Assembly: GCA_963827475.1 (NCBI GenBank)
Contig: CAWHAZ010000003.1
Location: forward strand, 90,151-154,150
Reading direction: 5' to 3'
DNA from: an uncultured Chloroflexia bacterium
Lineage (GTDB): Bacteria > Chloroflexota > Limnocylindria > QHBO01
Length of the DNA stretch: 64,000 nt
Positions within the stretch are counted from its first letter, which is position 1; each line of letters opens with the position of its first letter. A program made the translations under genes and the position numbers. Below are positions 20,720-31,817 of the stretch, piece after piece. Under the pieces are notes generated by a model that saw only the letters and a list, made by a program, of their open reading frames with translations, ran no database searches and was not told where the DNA came from.

Positions 20720-21523
20720 TCATGCCGGCACCGTCCGCCCGGTCAGGCGCTCCGCGCCGTCTGGTCCGATGACGATGGTGTCCTCGAAATGCGCGGACAG
20801 CGAACCGTCCGCGGTCACCACCGTCCACCCGTCGTCCATCAGCCGAACATCGTCACCACCGAGGTTGAACATCGGTTCGATGGCGAGGCACATCCCCGGC
20901 TCGAGCCGCATCCCGGTCCCCGGCCGGCCGTAGTTCGGCACCTGCGGCTCCTCGTGCATGGCAGAACCGATGCCGTGGCCCACGAACGGCCGGACGATCC
21001 CGTAACCGCGGGCGTTGGCCACGGCTTCGATGGCGGCCCCGATGTCCCCCAGCCGGTTTCCCGGCAGCGCCACCTCGATGCCGGCGGCCAGGGCGGCTCG
21101 GGTGGCCTCCACCAGGGCGATTGCCCGGGGATCGACCGTCCCCACCGTGAAGGTCCGCGCGCAGTCGGCGTGCCAGCCTTCCCAGATGCAGCCGACGTCG
21201 AGGCTGACGAGGTCGCCGTCACGGATCCGGCGTTGTGACGAGGGAATGCCGTGCACCACCTCGTCGTTGAGCGAGGTGCAGATCGTGCCCGGGAAGGGCG
21301 GGTTGGACCCGTAGCCCTTGAAGGAGGAGACGGCGCCGGCGTCGCGAATGTGATCGACGGCCAGCGCGTCCAGCTCGGCGGTGGTCACCCCCGGGGCGAG
21401 CGCCGCTTCCAGCCGGTCGAGGAGCGCGACCAGGATCTCGCCCGCGCGGCGCATGTTCGCCACTTCCTCGGGTCGCTTGATCGTGGCGCTCGCGTGCCGG
21501 AGGGGAATGCCCACGGAGACCAA
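20720..21523 (-). CDS. map: Methionine aminopeptidase type I
   Basis: SLNDEVVHGIP, DVG..WHADCART, GHGIG..HEEP, AIEPM, SAHFEDT. Confidence 0.96.
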   Translation of the reverse strand: MVSVGIPLRHASATIKRPEEVANMRRAGEILVALLDRLEAALAPGVTTAELDALAVDHIRDAGAVSSFKGYGSNPPFPGTICTSLNDEVVHGIPSSQRRIRDGDLVSLDVGCIWEGWHADCARTFTVGTVDPRAIALVEATRAALAAGIEVALPGNRLGDIGAAIEAVANARGYGIVRPFVGHGIGSAMHEEPQVPNYGRPGTGMRLEPGMCLAIEPMFNLGGDDVRLMDDGWTVVTADGSLSAHFEDTIVIGPDGAERLTGRTVPA

Positions 21524-21524
21524 C

Positions 21525-22202
21525 CTACTCGCTGCCCGCGGGTTCGTCGCCAGACGTCCCGACCTCGCCGACGGCCTCGCTGATCGCGGCGGTCACCGCG
21601 TCGATCCGCTGGCGGCCGTCGACTCGCGACAGCAGGCCGCGCGCGTCGTAGTAGTCCGCGACGTCGTACATCGGCGGCAGCTGCTCGCGGAGCCGCGCCC
21701 GGAAGACCTCCGGCTTGTCGTCCTCGCGCTGGACGAGCGCGGTCCCGTCGCGATTGCACACGCCGGCCGCGCGCGGCGGATCGTCGGTGGCGTGGTACGG
21801 CGTCCCGCACTCGGGGCAGACCCATCGCCCGGCGACGCGCTCGACGAGAACCTCCTCGGGCACGTCGATCAGGATCGCGCGGTCGATGGCTCTTCCCTGC
21901 TCGGCGAGGAGCGCATCCAGCGCCTTCGCCTGCTCGAGCGTGCGCGGGAAGCCATCGAACACCACTCCGCCGGCGGCCGCCGTTCCGGACAGGGCCTCCC
22001 CCACCATGCGCACCGTGATCTCGTCCGGGACGAGCTCCCCGCGGCGCATGTAGCCCTGGGCCACCTCGCCGAGCGGGCTGCCCTCGCGCTTCGCGCGGCG
22101 AAACAGATCGCCCGTGGAGAGATGGAGCAGCCCGTTGTCGCGGGCCGCGATGGCCGCCTGGGTTCCCTTTCCGGCCGCCACCGGGCCGAGCATGACGAGC
22201 AT
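21525..22202 (-). CDS. adk: Adenylate kinase (Zn-lid type)
   Basis: GPVAAGKGTQA, HLSTGDLFR, DGFPRT, CPECG..CNRDG lid. Confidence 0.96.
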   Translation of the reverse strand: MLVMLGPVAAGKGTQAAIAARDNGLLHLSTGDLFRRAKREGSPLGEVAQGYMRRGELVPDEITVRMVGEALSGTAAAGGVVFDGFPRTLEQAKALDALLAEQGRAIDRAILIDVPEEVLVERVAGRWVCPECGTPYHATDDPPRAAGVCNRDGTALVQREDDKPEVFRARLREQLPPMYDVADYYDARGLLSRVDGRQRIDAVTAAISEAVGEVGTSGDEPAGSE

Positions 22203-23485
22203 CACCGGATGAAGCCCTCGTAGTTGCGCATCATCATCTGCGCTTCGAGCTGTTTCATGGTCTCGACCACGACCGCGACCACGATCAGGACGCTCGTCCC
22301 ACCCAGCCGGATCGCCTCGGTGCCCGGGATGAAGGCGGAGATGATCAGCGGCGTGACCGCCACGCCACCGAGGAACAGCGCCCCGCCGAGGGTGATTCGG
22401 TTGGCGACGCGAGCCAGGAAGTCCTCCGTCGGACGCCCGGGCCGGATGCCGGGGATGAAGCCACCGTTCTTCCGCAGGAAGTCAGCCGTCTGGTCCGGCT
22501 TGAACTGGAACGCCGTGTAGAAGTAGGTGAAGAACACGACCAGCACAAAGTACAGCGCCCCGTACACGATCGGCGTCTGCGGGCTCAGGACCGTGCTGAT
22601 CCAGGTCGCGACCTGGGCCACCAGCTCGTTGGAGCTGGTGGTGAAGTACTGCGCGATCTGGGCCGGGAACAGCAGGATGCTGACCGCGAAGATGATCGGG
22701 ATCACGCCGGCCATGGTCACCTTCATCGGCAGGTACTGGGTCTGGCCCTGGTACATGCGCCGGCCGCGCACCCGGGAGGCGTACTGGACCGGGATCCGCC
22801 GCTGACCCTCGTTCACGAACACGACCGCGGCGATGATCAGGATCGCGACCACGATGAACGGCAGGAGGCGAAGGAGGCCGTCCGGCGCGGAGAGGATCGG
22901 CCCGGCCTGGTCCGGCAACCGCCCGACGATGCCGGCGAAGATGATGAAGCTGATGCCGTTGCCCAGGCCCCGCTCGCTGATGAGCTCGCCGAGCCACATC
23001 AGGAGGATCGTGCCCGCCGTCCAGGCGATGAGCAGCGAGAACGTCTCGAAGCTGAGGAACGGGGTGGCCGGGATGACGCCGGCGTTCTGGAGCAGGACGG
23101 AGAAGCCGAATCCCTGGGCAAAGGCCAGGGGAACGGTCAGGTAGCGGGTGTACTGCTGGAGCCGGTTCCGACCGTACTCACCTTCCCGCTGCAGCTCCTG
23201 GAGCCGGGGGATGACCCCCTGCATGAGCTGCATGATGATGCTGGCGTTGATGTAGGGGTTGAGGCCCAGACCGATGATCGAGGCCGTGGCCAGGCCGCCG
23301 CCGGAGAAGATGTCGAGCAGGGCGAGCAGCTGGTTGGTGGCGAACAGCTCCGCCAGTCGGGCCTGGTCGACGTTCGGGACCGGAACCGCGGTCAGGATCC
23401 TGAAGATCAGGAGGATGAACGCGGTGAAGAGGATCTTGCGCCGGATGTCCGGCGCCTGGATGGCGGTGACGACCGACTGAATCAC
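22202..23485 (-). CDS. secY: Preprotein translocase SecY
   Basis: PYINASIIMQL, WLGELISERGLGNGISF, AGVIPIIFA, GGFIPGIRPG. Confidence 0.98.
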   Translation of the reverse strand: MIQSVVTAIQAPDIRRKILFTAFILLIFRILTAVPVPNVDQARLAELFATNQLLALLDIFSGGGLATASIIGLGLNPYINASIIMQLMQGVIPRLQELQREGEYGRNRLQQYTRYLTVPLAFAQGFGFSVLLQNAGVIPATPFLSFETFSLLIAWTAGTILLMWLGELISERGLGNGISFIIFAGIVGRLPDQAGPILSAPDGLLRLLPFIVVAILIIAAVVFVNEGQRRIPVQYASRVRGRRMYQGQTQYLPMKVTMAGVIPIIFAVSILLFPAQIAQYFTTSSNELVAQVATWISTVLSPQTPIVYGALYFVLVVFFTYFYTAFQFKPDQTADFLRKNGGFIPGIRPGRPTEDFLARVANRITLGGALFLGGVAVTPLIISAFIPGTEAIRLGGTSVLIVVAVVVETMKQLEAQMMMRNYEGFIR

Positions 23486-24159
23486 TCGGTCGCGCCCTCG
23501 ACGTCAGCCTCCTCCACCTCGTTCGTCGCCTCGGCCGGCGCGTCGTCGTCGTCCGGTGCCGCCGCGGCCTCGCCGCCGGCCTTCTCGCCATCGGAATCGG
23601 CCTTCTTGGCGCCGCCCTTCTTCCGCTTGCGCTTCGCGGCCTTCTCGGCCGCCTCGGCCGCCGCCTTGGCCTCCGCCTCCTCGTCGATGGGGTCGCCGTC
23701 GGGCCAGCTGATCCGCTGCGCGGTCGAGCCGACCGCGGCCAGCTTGTCGAGGGCCGAGCGGGAGAAGGCGTGGGCATGGATCGTCACGCCCTTCGGGGCG
23801 TCGCCGACGCCGAGGATCTTCACCGGCAGGGCCTTCGACTTCGAGCGACGGAGAAGGCCGTCGTGGACGAGGACGTCCGGGGTGATCAGGGTCCCCGCCT
23901 CGGCATCGGTCAGCCGGCCGAGGTTCACCGGCGCGTACTCGACCCGGCCCCGGTTGCGGAAGCCGTGGAGCTTCGGGGTGCGGACGTGGAGCGGCGTCTG
24001 GCCGCCCTCGAACCAGGCCGGGATCGAGGCCCCGGCCCGCGACTTCTGGCCCTTCGTCCCGCGTCCGGCGGTCTTGCCCTTGCCCGAGCCGTGGCCGCGT
24101 CCGACGCGGCGTGCCGGGGTGTGCGACCCGGGAGCCGGCTTCAGGTCGTGCAGCTTCAT
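23482..24159 (-). CDS. rplO: 50S ribosomal protein L15 with a long C-terminal extension
   Basis: [40 protein letters not shown]; ATG at 24159. Confidence 0.96.
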   Translation of the reverse strand: MKLHDLKPAPGSHTPARRVGRGHGSGKGKTAGRGTKGQKSRAGASIPAWFEGGQTPLHVRTPKLHGFRNRGRVEYAPVNLGRLTDAEAGTLITPDVLVHDGLLRRSKSKALPVKILGVGDAPKGVTIHAHAFSRSALDKLAAVGSTAQRISWPDGDPIDEEAEAKAAAEAAEKAAKRKRKKGGAKKADSDGEKAGGEAAAAPDDDDAPAEATNEVEEADVEGATE

Positions 24160-24383
24160 TCGGACGTCCCCTCGCCACCGGGCTCGGTGACCTCGACCAG
24201 GAAGGCGACCCGGCGGAGCATGCCGCGGATCTGGGGCGTGTCCGCGACCACCACGGTGTGATGCAGGCGGCGCAGGCCGAGCGCTCGGATCGTGCCGCGG
24301 GCGGCCGCCTTGTGACCGATCTCGGAGCGGACCCACTTCACCTTGATCGTGCGCGGGTTGGACGAGGTGCGCTTAGCGGCCAC
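24156..24383 (-). CDS. rpmD: 50S ribosomal protein L30
   Basis: [27 protein letters not shown]. Confidence 0.93.
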   Translation of the reverse strand: MAAKRTSSNPRTIKVKWVRSEIGHKAAARGTIRALGLRRLHHTVVVADTPQIRGMLRRVAFLVEVTEPGGEGTSE

Positions 24384-24963
24384 GCGGCGGGCCTCCGGGG
24401 AAGTTCATGGGCTCGGGCCGCTCGCGGTAGACGTGGGGCTGGCGGGCCGCTTCCGCGCCGCGCTTGCCGAGCAGCTGCTCGGCGGTCTTGCCGCGGCGGG
24501 CGGCCATGTCGTCGGCGGAGTGCAGGTTGGCGAGGCAGTCGAGCGTGGCCCGCACGACGTTGACCGGGTTCGTGCTGCCCATCGTCTTGGACAGCAGGTC
24601 GTGGATGCCGGCCACCTCGACCACGGCCCGCACGGAACCGCCGGCGATGACGCCGGTGCCCGCCGATGCCGGGCGAAGGAGGACGCGCGAGGCGCCGAAG
24701 TCACGCTGGATGGTGTGCGGGATGGTGCTGCCCACCAGCGGGACGCGGATGAGGTGCTTCTTGGCATCCTCCACGCCCTTGCGGATGGCCTCCGGGACCT
24801 CGCCCGCCTTGCCCAGCCCGGCGCCGACCACGCCGCGGCCGTCGCCGACGACCACGATGGCGCTGAAGCTGAACCGCCGGCCGCCCTTGACGACCTTGGC
24901 GACCCGGTTGATCTGGACGACCTTCTCTTCGAGGCTGAGCTTGGTGGGATCGATACGTGGCAT
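24373..24963 (-). CDS. rpsE: 30S ribosomal protein S5
   Basis: [31 protein letters not shown]. Confidence 0.98.
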   Translation of the reverse strand: MPRIDPTKLSLEEKVVQINRVAKVVKGGRRFSFSAIVVVGDGRGVVGAGLGKAGEVPEAIRKGVEDAKKHLIRVPLVGSTIPHTIQRDFGASRVLLRPASAGTGVIAGGSVRAVVEVAGIHDLLSKTMGSTNPVNVVRATLDCLANLHSADDMAARRGKTAEQLLGKRGAEAARQPHVYRERPEPMNFPGGPPRGR

Positions 24964-24975
24964 GGGTTCTCCGCT

Positions 24976-25335
24976 CTACAGTTCGAGGCCGCCCTGGCGG
25001 GCGCCCTCGGCGAGCGAGCGAACCCGCCCGTGATACCGATATCCGCCGCGGTCGAGGACGACCTGGGTCACGCCGGCAGCGCGGGCCCGCTCGGCGAGCG
25101 CCTTGCCCACCGCCTCGGCGGCGGCCACCGTCCCACCGGAGCCGGTCAGGCTGGGCTCGCGGCTGGAGGCCGCGGCCAGGGTGCGGCCGGTGCTGTCGTC
25201 GATGACCTGGGCGTAGATGAATCGCGAGCTGCGGAACACGCTCAGCCGGGGCCGCTCGGGGCTTCCGGCCAGGCGGAGCCGGAGCCGGGCGTGACGCTTG
25301 CGGCGCAGCGCGTCGCGCGAGGTCTTCTTGATCAT
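24976..25335 (-). CDS. rplR: 50S ribosomal protein L18
   Basis: [28 protein letters not shown]. Confidence 0.97.
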   Translation of the reverse strand: MIKKTSRDALRRKRHARLRLRLAGSPERPRLSVFRSSRFIYAQVIDDSTGRTLAAASSREPSLTGSGGTVAAAEAVGKALAERARAAGVTQVVLDRGGYRYHGRVRSLAEGARQGGLEL

Positions 25336-25886
25336 CAGGCCGCGCCTCCGACCTTGCCGGCCTTGCCGGCCTTGCGTCGGATCTGCTCCCCGGCGTACTT
25401 GATGCCCTTGCCCTTGTACGGCTCAGGCTTGCGCCGGGCGCGGATGGCGGCGGCCACCTGGCCGACCAGCTCGCGGTCGGGCCCGCTCACCGCCAGGCGG
25501 GTCGGGGTCTCGACGGTGAAGGTGATGCCCTCCGGCGGTTTGACCTCGACCGGATGCGAGAAGCCGAGGGCCAGGACGAGCATGTCGCCCTGGAGCTGGG
25601 CGCGGTACCCGACGCCACTGATCTCGAGATTCTTGGTGAACCCGCTGGTCACGCCGGTCACCATGTTGGCGACGAGCGACCGGGTCAGACCATGCAGGGC
25701 CCGGTGGCGCGGAGCGTCGGACGGGCGCTCGACGCGAAGCACGCCGTCCTCGTGGACGAGGGTCATCTCGGGGTGCACGTCACGCTCGAGGGTCCCGAGG
25801 GGGCCCGTGATGCTGACGTGCTGGCGGTCGAGGGAGACCTCGACGCCGTCCGGGATGGGGATGGGCAGACGCCCGATACGTGACAT
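25335..25886 (-). CDS. rplF: 50S ribosomal protein L6
   Basis: [24 protein letters not shown]. Confidence 0.98.
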   Translation of the reverse strand: MSRIGRLPIPIPDGVEVSLDRQHVSITGPLGTLERDVHPEMTLVHEDGVLRVERPSDAPRHRALHGLTRSLVANMVTGVTSGFTKNLEISGVGYRAQLQGDMLVLALGFSHPVEVKPPEGITFTVETPTRLAVSGPDRELVGQVAAAIRARRKPEPYKGKGIKYAGEQIRRKAGKAGKVGGAA

Positions 25887-25892
25887 CGGTCC

Positions 25893-26291
25893 CTACCAGA
25901 CGTAGCAGATCACTTCGCCGCCCAGGTTCAGCTTCCGGGCCTGCTGCCCGGTCATGATCCCGTGGGAGGTGGAGAGGATGGCCACGCCCAGGCCGCCCAG
26001 GACGCGGGGAATCTCGGTCTTGCGCGCGTAGACCCGCAGGCCGGGCTTGCTGATCCGCTTCAGGCCGGTGACGACGGGGGTCTTGCCCTCGACGTACTTG
26101 AGGGTCAGCACGAGGTGGTCGTGTCCGTCCTCGACCCGGTTCTGGTACGAGCCGATGAAGCCTTCCTCGACCAGGATGCGGGCGATCTCGGTCTTCACCC
26201 GTGAGCCGGGGAGCACGACCTCGCTGTGCCGCGCCAGGCTCGCGTTCCGGACCCGGGTCAGCATGTCGGCGATGGGATCGGTGACGTTCAT
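25893..26291 (-). CDS. rpsH: 30S ribosomal protein S8
   Basis: [32 protein letters not shown]; ATG at 26291. Confidence 0.97.
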   Translation of the reverse strand: MNVTDPIADMLTRVRNASLARHSEVVLPGSRVKTEIARILVEEGFIGSYQNRVEDGHDHLVLTLKYVEGKTPVVTGLKRISKPGLRVYARKTEIPRVLGGLGVAILSTSHGIMTGQQARKLNLGGEVICYVW

Positions 26292-26293
26292 CG

Positions 26294-26479
26294 CTACCAG
26301 CTCGACTTCGTGACGCCGGGCAGCATCCCGTCGAGGGCCCGCTCCCGGAAGCAGATCCGGCACAGGGCGAATCGGCGCATGTAGGCGCGCGGCCGGCCGC
26401 ACACCGTGCAGCGGTTGTGGCCGCGGACCGGGAACTTCGGCTTGCGTTGGGCCTTGGCGATCATTGATTTCTTGGCCAT
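26294..26479 (-). CDS. rpsN: 30S ribosomal protein S14 type Z
   Basis: 61 aa; [18 protein letters not shown]. Confidence 0.97.
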   Translation of the reverse strand: MAKKSMIAKAQRKPKFPVRGHNRCTVCGRPRAYMRRFALCRICFRERALDGMLPGVTKSSW

Positions 26480-26497
26480 GTCTATCGGTCCTCAGGC

Positions 26498-27223
26498 TCA
26501 GGTGGCGGAGAAGGGCATGCCCAGCAGGGCGAGGAGGCGACGGCCTTCCTCGTCGGTGGGGGCGGTGGTGACGATGCTGATCTCGAAGCCGCGAAGGCGG
26601 TCGATCTTGTCGTAGTCGATTTCGGGGTACATGAGCTGCTCGCGGAGACCGAGGCTGAAGTTGCCGCGGCCGTCGAACGAGCGCGGCGAGACTCCCCGGA
26701 AGTCGCGGATGCGGGGCAGGGCCAGGCGCATCGTCCGCTCGAGGAAGTCGTACATCCGCTGGCCGCGGAGGGTGACCTTGGCCCCCACCGGCATCCCGGT
26801 CCGCAGCCGGAACTGGGCGATGGAGCGGGTGGCCCGGGTCACGATCGGCTTCTGGCCGGTGATGGTCGCGAGGTCGCCGACGGCGGCGTCGATTGCCTTC
26901 GCGTTCTGGATGGCTTCGCCCAGGCCGATGTTCACGACGACCTTGTCCAGGCGCGGGACCTGCATCGGGTTCGCGTAGCCGAACTCCCGCTGGAGCGCGG
27001 GCACGACCTCGTCGCGGTAGCGCAGGCGCAGACCGACGGGCTCCCGTCGGCCGGCGGCCGACTTCTTCGACGCGGCTGCCTTCGCGGGTGCGGCTTCGGC
27101 GTCGGCCGGTGCCGCGGTCTTGGCGGCCGGCTTGCGAGCGGCGGGCTTCCGAGCGGCCGCCTTGCGGTCCGCTGGATTGCGGTCGGCCGGCTTGCGCGCC
27201 GCCTTTGTCGGCTCGTCGGTCAC
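26498..27223 (-). CDS. rplE: 50S ribosomal protein L5 with an Ala/Lys/Arg/Pro-rich N-terminal extension
   Basis: [35 protein letters not shown]. Confidence 0.97.
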   Translation of the reverse strand: MTDEPTKAARKPADRNPADRKAAARKPAARKPAAKTAAPADAEAAPAKAAASKKSAAGRREPVGLRLRYRDEVVPALQREFGYANPMQVPRLDKVVVNIGLGEAIQNAKAIDAAVGDLATITGQKPIVTRATRSIAQFRLRTGMPVGAKVTLRGQRMYDFLERTMRLALPRIRDFRGVSPRSFDGRGNFSLGLREQLMYPEIDYDKIDRLRGFEISIVTTAPTDEEGRRLLALLGMPFSAT

Positions 27224-27555
27224 GTGCCCACCTCCAGCTGCTCGCCGCAGTGGCGACAGACGCGGACCCGGGTCTTGTGCGCGTCATCGAGCCGGGCATG
27301 GCCGATGCGGGTCGGCTTGTCGCAGTTGGGACAGACCACCATCACGTTGCTGATCTGGATCGGGATCGGCAGGTCGATGATGCCCGCCGTCTGCTGGCGG
27401 CCACCGCGGGATTTCTGGTGACGCTTGGCCATGTTCAGCCCGGGAACCACGACCGCCAGGCCACGGCGCGTGCGCTGGACGCGCTCCACCTTGCCCCGCT
27501 TGCCGCGGTCCTTGCCGGCCAGGACCATCACCGTGTCACCTTTCCGGACGGCCAT
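27220..27555 (-). CDS. rplX: 50S ribosomal protein L24
   Basis: [21 protein letters not shown] motif, ISNV, CPNC..CRHC. Confidence 0.96.
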   Translation of the reverse strand: MAVRKGDTVMVLAGKDRGKRGKVERVQRTRRGLAVVVPGLNMAKRHQKSRGGRQQTAGIIDLPIPIQISNVMVVCPNCDKPTRIGHARLDDAHKTRVRVCRHCGEQLEVGT

Positions 27556-27923
27556 CACAGCACCTCCGGAGCGAGCGAGATGATCTTCATGTAGTTCCGC
27601 TCCCGCAGCTCGCGGGCGACCGGGCCGAAGATGCGCGTCCCGCGCGGGTTGCCCTGGGGCGTGATCAGGACCGCGGCGTTCTCGTCGAAGCGGATGTGGC
27701 TGCCGTCGGGCCGGCCGTAGCCCTTGGTGGTCCGCACGATCACGGCGCGGACGACCTCGCCCTTCTTGACCCCGGAGTTGGGCATGGCCTGCTTGACGCT
27801 GGCGACGATGACGTCACCGACCGAGGCGGTCTCGCTCGTGGAGCGGCCGACCACGGTGATGCACATCAGCTCGCGCGCGCCGGTGTTGTCGGCCACCCGC
27901 AGCCGGGTCTGGCGTCGGATCAC
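27555..27923 (-). CDS. rplN: 50S ribosomal protein L14
   Basis: [31 protein letters not shown]. Confidence 0.98.
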   Translation of the reverse strand: MIRRQTRLRVADNTGARELMCITVVGRSTSETASVGDVIVASVKQAMPNSGVKKGEVVRAVIVRTTKGYGRPDGSHIRFDENAAVLITPQGNPRGTRIFGPVARELRERNYMKIISLAPEVL

Positions 27924-28279
27924 GCGGGCTCTCCCTCGACCGCGGCCGGCTCAGCCTCGGCCTCCGCCTCGACGGCTGGCTCCGGGTGCAGGATCGCCTC
28001 GTCGGCCATCGGCTCGGCGGCCGACTCCGAGATCCCGTGGCCGAGGATCTCGACCAGACGCCAGCGCTTGTCGCGCGACAGCGGCCGGCTCTCCTCGATC
28101 CGGACGGTGTCGCCGACCTTGGCCGCGTTCTCCGCGTCGTGGGCCTTGAACTTCGTCGAGCGTCGAATGACGCGCTTGTAGATCGGGTGGCGCTGCAGGC
28201 GCTCGACGCTGACCACCACCGTCTTGTCCATCTTGTCGGACACGACGCGTCCGACCTTCGTTCGTCGCTTGCCGGCCAT
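27920..28279 (-). CDS. rpsQ: 30S ribosomal protein S17 with an acidic C-terminal tail
   Basis: [31 protein letters not shown]. Confidence 0.97.
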   Translation of the reverse strand: MAGKRRTKVGRVVSDKMDKTVVVSVERLQRHPIYKRVIRRSTKFKAHDAENAAKVGDTVRIEESRPLSRDKRWRLVEILGHGISESAAEPMADEAILHPEPAVEAEAEAEPAAVEGEPA

Positions 28280-28497
28280 CACGCAGTCTCCTGGGTAGCG
28301 GCTGCGGCGGCGCGCTCACGCTCGGTCATGACGGTCAGGATGCGGGCGATCCGCTGCCGCGTCGCCGGCAGGCGGCTGTAGTTCTTCTCCTGGCGCGTGG
28401 CCAGGTCGAAGCGGATCTTCCACAGCTCCTGCTTGGCATCGGCCAGGGCGACGACCAGGTCGGCGTCGCTGAGGGCGCGGACCTCACTGATGTCCAT
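28279..28497 (-). CDS. rpmC: 50S ribosomal protein L29
   Basis: ELWKIRF, RIARILT; located between rplP and rpsQ. Confidence 0.9.
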   Translation of the reverse strand: MDISEVRALSDADLVVALADAKQELWKIRFDLATRQEKNYSRLPATRQRIARILTVMTERERAAAAATQETA

Positions 28498-28912
28498 GTT
28501 CGACGCCCTCCTTGATCACGAATTTCGTCGAGATCGGCAGCTTGTGGCTGGCCAGCCGCATCGCCTCGCGAGCGATCGGCTCCGGCACCCCGGACATCTC
28601 GAACATCACCCGGCCCGGCTTGACGACCGCGACCCAGTGATCCGGGGCCCCCTTGCCCGATCCCATCCGGACCTCCGCCGGCTTCTTGGTGACCGGCTTG
28701 TCGGGGAAGACGCGGATCCAGACCCGCCCGCCTCGCTTGATGTGGTGGGTCATCGCCCGTCGGGCAGCCTCGATCTGGCGGCTGGTCAACCAGCACACCT
28801 CTTCGGCCACCAGGCCGTAGTCCCCGAACGACACGGTCGTCCCACCCTTGGCCAGCCCGGCTCGGCGGCCGCGCTGGACCTTGCGGTGCTTGACACGCTT
28901 CGGTAGCAGCAT
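28484..28912 (-). CDS. rplP: 50S ribosomal protein L16
   Basis: [27 protein letters not shown]; ATG at 28912. Confidence 0.97.
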   Translation of the reverse strand: MLLPKRVKHRKVQRGRRAGLAKGGTTVSFGDYGLVAEEVCWLTSRQIEAARRAMTHHIKRGGRVWIRVFPDKPVTKKPAEVRMGSGKGAPDHWVAVVKPGRVMFEMSGVPEPIAREAMRLASHKLPISTKFVIKEGVEHGHQ

Positions 28913-28913
28913 G

Positions 28914-30042
28914 TCAGTCCTTGCCCTTTGGCTTGGCCCTGGGCTTGGCCGGAGTCTTCGGCTTGGCCGGAGTCTTCGGCTTAGTCTTCGGCTTGGCCGG
29001 AGTCTTCGGCTTGGCCCTGGGCTTGGCCTTCGGCTTCGATTCGGCTGCGGCGCTGGCCTCGGGCTCAGGCTCGGGCTGAACCGATGCCGGCTCGGGCTCG
29101 CCGGCCGCGACGGTTGCCACCTCGGTTTCGGCTGCAGCCGCCACCTCCGGCTCCACCTCGGCCTCGGGCTGGGGCTCCACCGATGCCGGCTTGGCGACTG
29201 GCGAACCTCGGCGACCACCTCTTGGCGACCACCTCCTCGGCGGCAACCGCGGGTTCCGTGACCGTTCCGGTGTCGACCGCGACCTCGGGCTCGGCCACGG
29301 CCACTGGAGACTCCGGCGCCTCTCCGTCCTCCGCAGCGGCGGCCCGTCCGCGGGCCTTGGGTCGTGCCCGTGTGCTCCGCGCCTCGCGCGGCTCCGTCCG
29401 GGCCGAGCCCGGCATGTCGGCCAGGGTCTCGCCTCGGTAGATCCAGACCTTGACCCCGATCCGGCCATAGGTCGTGGCGGCGTGGACGACGCCGTAGCTG
29501 ATATCGGCCCGGAGCGTGCCGAGAGGAATGCGACCCTCCTTGTCCCACTCGCGGCGGGACATCTCGGTGCCGCCGAGGCGCCCGGAGACCTGGATCTTCA
29601 CGCCCTTGGCCCCGGCCTTGATGCTGCGCTGCACGCCCTGCTTCACGGCCTTGCGGAACGCGATCCGTCGCTCGAGCTGTCCGGCGATGCTCTGGGCCAC
29701 GAGGACGGCATCCAGCTCGGGCTGGAGGACCTCCTTGATCTCGAGCTTGACCTTCTTATCGGTCAGCTTGCCGATCGAGTTGCGGAGCAGCTCGACGTTG
29801 GCGCCGCCCTTGCCGATGACAATCCCCGGCTTCGCGGTGTGGACGGTCACGGTCACGTGGTTGATGCCGCGCTCGATCTCGACCTGGCTCACGCTGGCGT
29901 TCGCCAGCTGCTTGGCGACCAGGCCGCGGATCTTCATGTCCTCCTGGAGCAGCGTCGCGTAGTCGCGGTCGGCGTACCACTTCGCCAGCCACGGCTTGTT
30001 GATGCCGATCCGGTAGCCGTAGGGGTGAACCTTGTGGCCCAT
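28914..30042 (-). CDS. rpsC: 30S ribosomal protein S3 with a long C-terminal extension (apparent frameshift near 29200-29225)
   Basis: [35 protein letters not shown]; acidic then PAKPK tail continues in ORF 28914..29468. Confidence 0.93.
28930..29035. repeat. Imperfect 18-bp tandem repeat (ggcttggccggagtcttc) encoding KTPAKP
   Basis: Seen directly in the S3 tail. Confidence 0.85.
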
Positions 30043-30383
30043 CAGCTGTCACCTCGGTCAGCGACCGAGACCGTGATGTGGCTCGTGCGCTTCAGAATCT
30101 GGAAGGCGCGCCCCTGGGCGCGTGGTCGAATGCGTTTCAGGGTTGGTCCCTCGTTGGCGATGGCGGACTCCACGTGGAGCTCGTCGGCGGTCAGGTTGAA
30201 GTTGTTCTCCGCGTTCGCGGTCGCGCTGCGCAGGACCTTGGCCACGTCGCGCGCCGCCGCGTTCGGCAGGAAGCGGAGGATGGCCGCGGCTTCCTCCACC
30301 GGGCGGCCGACGATCATGTCGGTTACCAGGCGCACCTTGCGGGCGCTGATCCGGACATACCTGGCGGTGGCGGAGACGCGCAT
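30042..30383 (-). CDS. rplV: 50S ribosomal protein L22
   Basis: [35 protein letters not shown]. Confidence 0.98.
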   Translation of the reverse strand: MRVSATARYVRISARKVRLVTDMIVGRPVEEAAAILRFLPNAAARDVAKVLRSATANAENNFNLTADELHVESAIANEGPTLKRIRPRAQGRAFQILKRTSHITVSVADRGDS

Positions 30384-30393
30384 CGGTCTGGTC

Positions 30394-30678
30394 CTACTTC
30401 AGCGCCGAGCTGCGCTCGGTGTGCCGGCCGTGGCCGCGGAAGTGGCGGGTCGGGGCGAACTCGCCCAGGCGGTGGCCGACCATGTTCTCGGTCATGAAGA
30501 CCGGGACGTGGCGGCGTCCGTCGTGGACGGCGATGGTGTGGCCGATCATGGCCGGGAAGATGACCGAGGCCCGTGACCAGGTCTTCAGCACCTTGCGCTC
30601 GTTGCGCTTGTTCATGTCCTCGATCCGACCCAGCAGCCGCGGGTCGACGAAGGGACCTTTCTTGACGGAACGGCTCAT
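30394..30678 (-). CDS. rpsS: 30S ribosomal protein S19
   Basis: [28 protein letters not shown]. Confidence 0.98.
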   Translation of the reverse strand: MSRSVKKGPFVDPRLLGRIEDMNKRNERKVLKTWSRASVIFPAMIGHTIAVHDGRRHVPVFMTENMVGHRLGEFAPTRHFRGHGRHTERSSALK

Positions 30679-30687
30679 GTCGTCTCC

Positions 30688-31518
30688 TTACCCGCGTCCG
30701 TAGCGGCGGCGGACGATCAGCCGATCGCTCGCCTGGTGGCGCCGGGTGCGCAGGCCCATGGCGGGCTTGCCCCACGGGGTCTTCGGTGGCATGCCGATCG
30801 GCGACTTGCCCTCGCCACCACCGTGCGGGTGGTCGTTGGGGTTCATCACGACGCCTCGGACCGATGGCCGGCGGCCGAGGTGCCGGTTGCGGCCGGCCTT
30901 GCCGATCTTCTGGTTCTCGTGCTCGAGGTTGCTCACCTGGCCGACGGTGGCCATGCAGGCCGCCCGCACGCGGCGCACCTCGCCGGACGGAAGACGGATG
31001 GTGGCCATCTCCCCTTCCTTGGCGAGCAGCTGGGCCGCGCTGCCGGCGCTGCGCACGATCTGGCCGCCGCGGCCGGCGACCAGCTCGACGTTGTGGATCT
31101 GGGTCCCGAGCGGGATCCGGGACAGCGGCAGGGCGTTGCCGACCCGCGCCTCGACGTCTGGGCCGGCGGCGACCTGGTCGCCGACCTTCAGGCCGTGGGG
31201 CAGGAGCATGTAGCGCTTCTCCCCGTCGGCGTAGTGGAGCAGGGCGATCCGCGCCGACCGGTTCGGGTCGTACTCGACCGTCGCGATCCGGGCCGGCACC
31301 CCGTGCTTGTCTCGCCGCCAGTCGATGACCCGGTACATGCGCTTGTGCCCGCCACCCTGGTGGCGAACCGTGAGCTTGCCCTGTGAGTTCCGACCGGCCT
31401 TCGAGTTCAGGTTCTCGGTCAATGGCTTGTGCGGCTTGTCGGTCGTGATCTCCTCGAACGTCGATCGCGTCATCTGCCGCAGGGACGGGGTGTTGGGCCG
31501 ATAGCTGCGCAGGGGCAT
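30688..31518 (-). CDS. rplB: 50S ribosomal protein L2
   Basis: [33 protein letters not shown]. Confidence 0.98.
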   Translation of the reverse strand: MPLRSYRPNTPSLRQMTRSTFEEITTDKPHKPLTENLNSKAGRNSQGKLTVRHQGGGHKRMYRVIDWRRDKHGVPARIATVEYDPNRSARIALLHYADGEKRYMLLPHGLKVGDQVAAGPDVEARVGNALPLSRIPLGTQIHNVELVAGRGGQIVRSAGSAAQLLAKEGEMATIRLPSGEVRRVRAACMATVGQVSNLEHENQKIGKAGRNRHLGRRPSVRGVVMNPNDHPHGGGEGKSPIGMPPKTPWGKPAMGLRTRRHQASDRLIVRRRYGRG

Positions 31519-31520
31519 CG

Positions 31521-31817
31521 TCACACCACCTCGAACAGTTCGATCTTGTCGCCGTCGGCGATGGTCACGACCGCCTTGCGCCAGCCACTGACCATGCCCT
31601 TCGTCCGGCGGCCGCGGCTCTTCTGCTTGGGGTGCACGGTCTGGACCCGCACCCCGAGCACGGTGACCTTGAACTCGGCTTCGACGGCGGCCTTGATCTG
31701 GAACTTGTTGGCGTCGGTCCGAACCGCAAACGTGTAGTTGTTGCGCTCGATCTCGGCCACCGACTTCTCGCTGACCACGGGGCGCAGGAGCACGTCGTGG
31801 ATGGTGCGCGCCGTCAT
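31521..31817 (-). CDS. rplW: 50S ribosomal protein L23
   Basis: [27 protein letters not shown]; ATG at 31817. Confidence 0.95.
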   Translation of the reverse strand: MTARTIHDVLLRPVVSEKSVAEIERNNYTFAVRTDANKFQIKAAVEAEFKVTVLGVRVQTVHPKQKSRGRRTKGMVSGWRKAVVTIADGDKIELFEVV

